64,000 nt of DNA, taken from contig OX638157.1 in assembly GCA_951804945.1 (NCBI GenBank), positions 51,460,001 to 51,524,000 of the forward strand, read 5' to 3'. This DNA comes from Podarcis cretensis (taxonomy: Eukaryota). The stretch's first letter is position 1. The number at the start of each line of letters is the position of its first letter. The notes under the pieces were generated by a model. The model ran no database searches, had not been told where the DNA came from, and worked only from the letters and a program-made list of their open reading frames with translations. The translations under genes and the position numbers were made by a program. Below, piece by piece: positions 62,803 through 64,000 of this stretch.

Positions 62803-64000
62803 ATTGTAAAGTGATTCTTTGCCAGTTAAGTTTTATTTCTGAAAAACATGGACAGTTAGAGTTAATTCATTTTTTTACTAGTTCCATTAGTCTATGATTC
62901 AGCATAATAAATCCAGTTAGATATTTGTAACATTTAACATTTGTTTCAAAATGTTAATTAACCTCAGCAAAAAATGTAAAGCTTTGGTTTGATGGATAGA
63001 AAGCTGGATGAGAATTGTTTGGACAAGTATTTTACTACTGAGATGCAAAGGAACTTGGCACATAGTTAATTGTTCTTTGATCAAAGACATTAATATATTC
63101 CTAAGGTACGTCTTGCCACATGGAATGCCAGTTATTGCTGATGTGTGATGGCATGTGATATTTTCAAGTAGGAAAGATCGGCAAGTCAGAAAATTTTTAA
63201 AAAATATACCACCACCTGCACTGAGGTTTTCACATATGCTTCTTTGTTAGAAATGTTGTCTTAGTAAAATGTTAAGATGTCACTTCTGTAAAAAAAATAA
63301 TTTATAGATGTAAAATGATACGTACTTCAGGAGCCTCAGCAGTCTGTCCCATCTGTATTGAGCTATGAAGCAACCAGTGTTTTAAATTCTCCTCCCCAAG
63401 GCATTGGACCCTGGAAGATTCTAAACATGTATCAAAAGGAGTAGTGGTGCAGTTTTTATGATTCTGATTAGTTGTGGTTAGGGAGATCTACTGAGACTGG
63501 CATGCTTGCTCAGGTAATGAAGATATGGGAATCAGATGTGATGTGGCACTTTTTCTGGTCTTCTGTGTTTCAGACAGAGGCAATTACGAGGCATTTACCC
63601 CAACACAGAACTGAATTCAGCATGATGTTGTGATTTATTTAGCTAGTTAGCTGTTTGCTAGCCACATACTAAAATAAATATGCTTATCTGCATGACTTAA
63701 CAATTATGGCCCCAAAAGGAGCAGTAATACTACTGTAATGTTTTTAATACCCCAAAAGTAGGAATACTTTTCCCACCTTCTTACAGTAGCAGTACTTCAT
63801 TCTCTACTGGAAACACCTATCCAGCCCTAGTAGAATGAAGTTGACTCATTTTGAATCCAAAGTGTCACAACTGAATACATCAGAATAAAATTTATTACAA
63901 TATCCCAGATTGGGACTAGGGTACTTAAAGGATTTCCATTTCCCACATGATATTGCCTGCCTACTTAGACAATTTTTGGAGGTACTGCTCAATCTGACGT

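Larger units (their letters stand above)
1..64000 (+). other. Probable large intron / 5' region of an unidentified squamate gene transcribed on +
   Basis: No multi-exon CDS is recognisable. The sequence is AT-rich with a visually T-rich + strand (not counted). The best splice-donor-terminated candidate exons (ending 8057 and 14611) are both on +. Sauria SINEs indicate a squamate. Confidence 0.45.

Noticed and set aside
1-64000. The many 60-210 aa ORFs in the six-frame track as protein-coding genes
   Set aside because: Low-complexity, composition-driven translations with non-ATG starts and no recognisable domains. The longest (30319-30963, 22532-23044) fall in GC-rich transposons.

Overview
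This is eukaryotic (vertebrate) non-coding DNA, almost certainly from a squamate reptile and probably a lacertid lizard, since it carries three Sauria-type SINEs with (ACCTTT)n tails. No complete gene, RNA gene, CRISPR array or prokaryotic system is visible, and nearly all ORFs in the track are chance or repeat-derived. The window reads like a large intron or 5' region of a + strand gene. It contains two candidate alternative first exons: ~7.75-8.06 kb, and a 49-codon ATG-to-CAG|GTGAGT exon at 14465-14611. I could not identify the host gene. The rest is a layered transposon landscape: Tigger/pogo-like and Tc1/mariner MITEs with TA target sites, hAT MITEs with 8-bp TSDs, Sauria SINEs, L2 and RTE LINE fragments, two related LTRs with a decayed internal region, and a probable degraded Ngaro-type tyrosine-recombinase retrotransposon. 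There is one 132-N assembly gap. The most interesting observations are the candidate coding exon with an internal hairpin, two unrelated MITEs carrying NRF1/ETS/CRE promoter motif clusters, a fused composite MITE, a perfect 58-bp palindrome, and an LTR-element splice acceptor plus polyA 'gene-trap' arrangement. I found no convincing wholly novel biological system.
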